A stretch of 63,986 bases of DNA, filler included, from Octopus bimaculoides (Eukaryota): assembly GCF_001194135.2 (NCBI RefSeq). It is 6 parts of 6 records of this genome, joined end to end, with 100 filler letters (N's around TTAATTAATTAA, not from the genome) between each part and the next. Parts side by side here need not be neighbours in the genome. Positions count along the whole stretch, not along the records: positions 62,828 to 63,986 come from NW_026313715.1; 5 more parts are not named here. One strand, given 5' to 3'. Shown piece after piece: positions 62,828 to 63,986 of the stretch. The notes below the pieces were generated by a model. That model was not told where the DNA came from. It did not search any database and worked only from the letters and a program-made list of their open reading frames with translations. The position numbers were made by a program, and so were the translations under genes. The first letter of the stretch is position 1; each line of letters starts with the position of its first letter.

Positions 62828-63986
62828 AAAGACGGGGACCTATAATTGAACACTGGCCATAAAGTCGGGGACCAAAATCGCACACTGGCCATAAAGACGG
62901 GGACCAAAAATTAAACACTGGCCACAAAGTCGGGGACTATAGATAGCATAGTGGCCATAAAGACGGGGACCTAAAATTGAACACTGGCCATAAAGTCGGG
63001 GTCCAATAATTGCACATTGGCCATAAAGACGGGGACCTAAAAGAGAACACTGGCCATAAAGACGGGGACCAAAAATTGAACACAGGCCCTTAAATCGGGA
63101 CCAAAAATTGTACACTGGCCATGTAGTCGGGGACTAAAAATCGCACACTGGCCATAAAGACGGGGACCATAAATTGAACACTGGCCATAAAGTCGGGGAC
63201 CATAAATAGCATAGTGGCCAAAAAGACGGGGACCTAAAATTGAACACTGGCCTAAAGTCGGGGACCAATAATTGCACATTGGCCATAAAGACGGGGACCA
63301 AATGTTGAACACTGCCCATAAAGTCGGGGATCAATAATTGCACATTGGCCATAAAGTCGGGGACCAAATGTTGAACAGTGGCCATAAAGACGGGGACCAA
63401 AAATTAAACACTGGCCATAAAGTCGGGGACTATAGATAGCATAGTGGTCATAAAGATGGGGACCTAAAATTGAACACTGGCCATAAATTCGGGGTCCAAT
63501 AATTGCACATTGGCCATAAAGACGGGACCAAAAATTGAACACTGGCCATAAAGTCGGGGACCTATAATTGAACACTGGCCATAACGACGGGGACCTAAAA
63601 TTGAACACTGGCCATAAAGTCGGGGACCATAAATAGCATAGTGGCCATAAAGACGGGGACCTAAAATTGAACACTGGCCATAAATTGGAGGCTGAAAAAT
63701 TGCACATTGGCCATAAAGACGGGACCAAAAATTGAACACTGGCCATAAAGTCGGGGACCTATAATTGAATACTGGTCATAACGACGGGGACCTAAAATTG
63801 AACACTGGCCATAAAGTCGGGGACCATAAATAGCATAGTGGCCATAAAGACGGGGACCTAAAATTGAACACTGGCCATAAATTGGAGGCTGAAAAATTGC
63901 ACACCGGCCATAAAGACGGGGCCCGAACATTGTAAGCTGGCCATAAAGTCGGGTACCAAAAATCGCACACTGGCCATAAAGACGGG
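62828..63986. repeat. 33-bp minisatellite, about 35 units, with higher-order structure; open at both ends
   Basis: Unit CACTGGCCATAAAG(A/T)CGGGGACC(A/T)AAAATTGAA; a 197-bp six-unit block is repeated at 63521 and 63718. Confidence 0.95.

Noticed and set aside
62828-63986. CRISPR array
   Set aside because: Contiguous 33-bp units with no unique spacers, no cas genes, and a eukaryotic context.

Overview
AT-rich, gap-ridden eukaryotic draft sequence. The SINE repertoire, microsatellite density and gap style suggest Octopus (inference; O. bimaculoides-like). No protein-coding gene can be called with confidence, and nearly all supplied ORFs are artefacts of microsatellites or N-gaps. The window is a mosaic of >25 tRNA-derived SINE copies from about four families, decayed non-LTR retrotransposons (RTE, R4/Dong-like, L1/Tx1-like), several MITEs with visible TIRs/TSDs, and Helitron/Helentron pieces. 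The most notable observations are: (1) a structurally complete type I hammerhead ribozyme at 23194-23237, plus a minimal Penelope-type variant at 27365; (2) a 33-bp higher-order minisatellite whose commonest variation is synonymous in a GPRLYGQC(S/A)I(F/L/I/Y) frame; (3) a GG-ended MITE family with 8-bp TSDs, one copy carrying a perfect (CCCTAA)/(TTAGGG) palindrome; (4) R4/Dong-like retroelements associated with (ACAT)n arrays; (5) a palindromic pair of tRNA-Thr(CGT)-like sequences; and (6) a few unrecognised candidate exons. Family names come from recalled consensus motifs, not database searches, and repeat boundaries are approximate unless a TSD is given.
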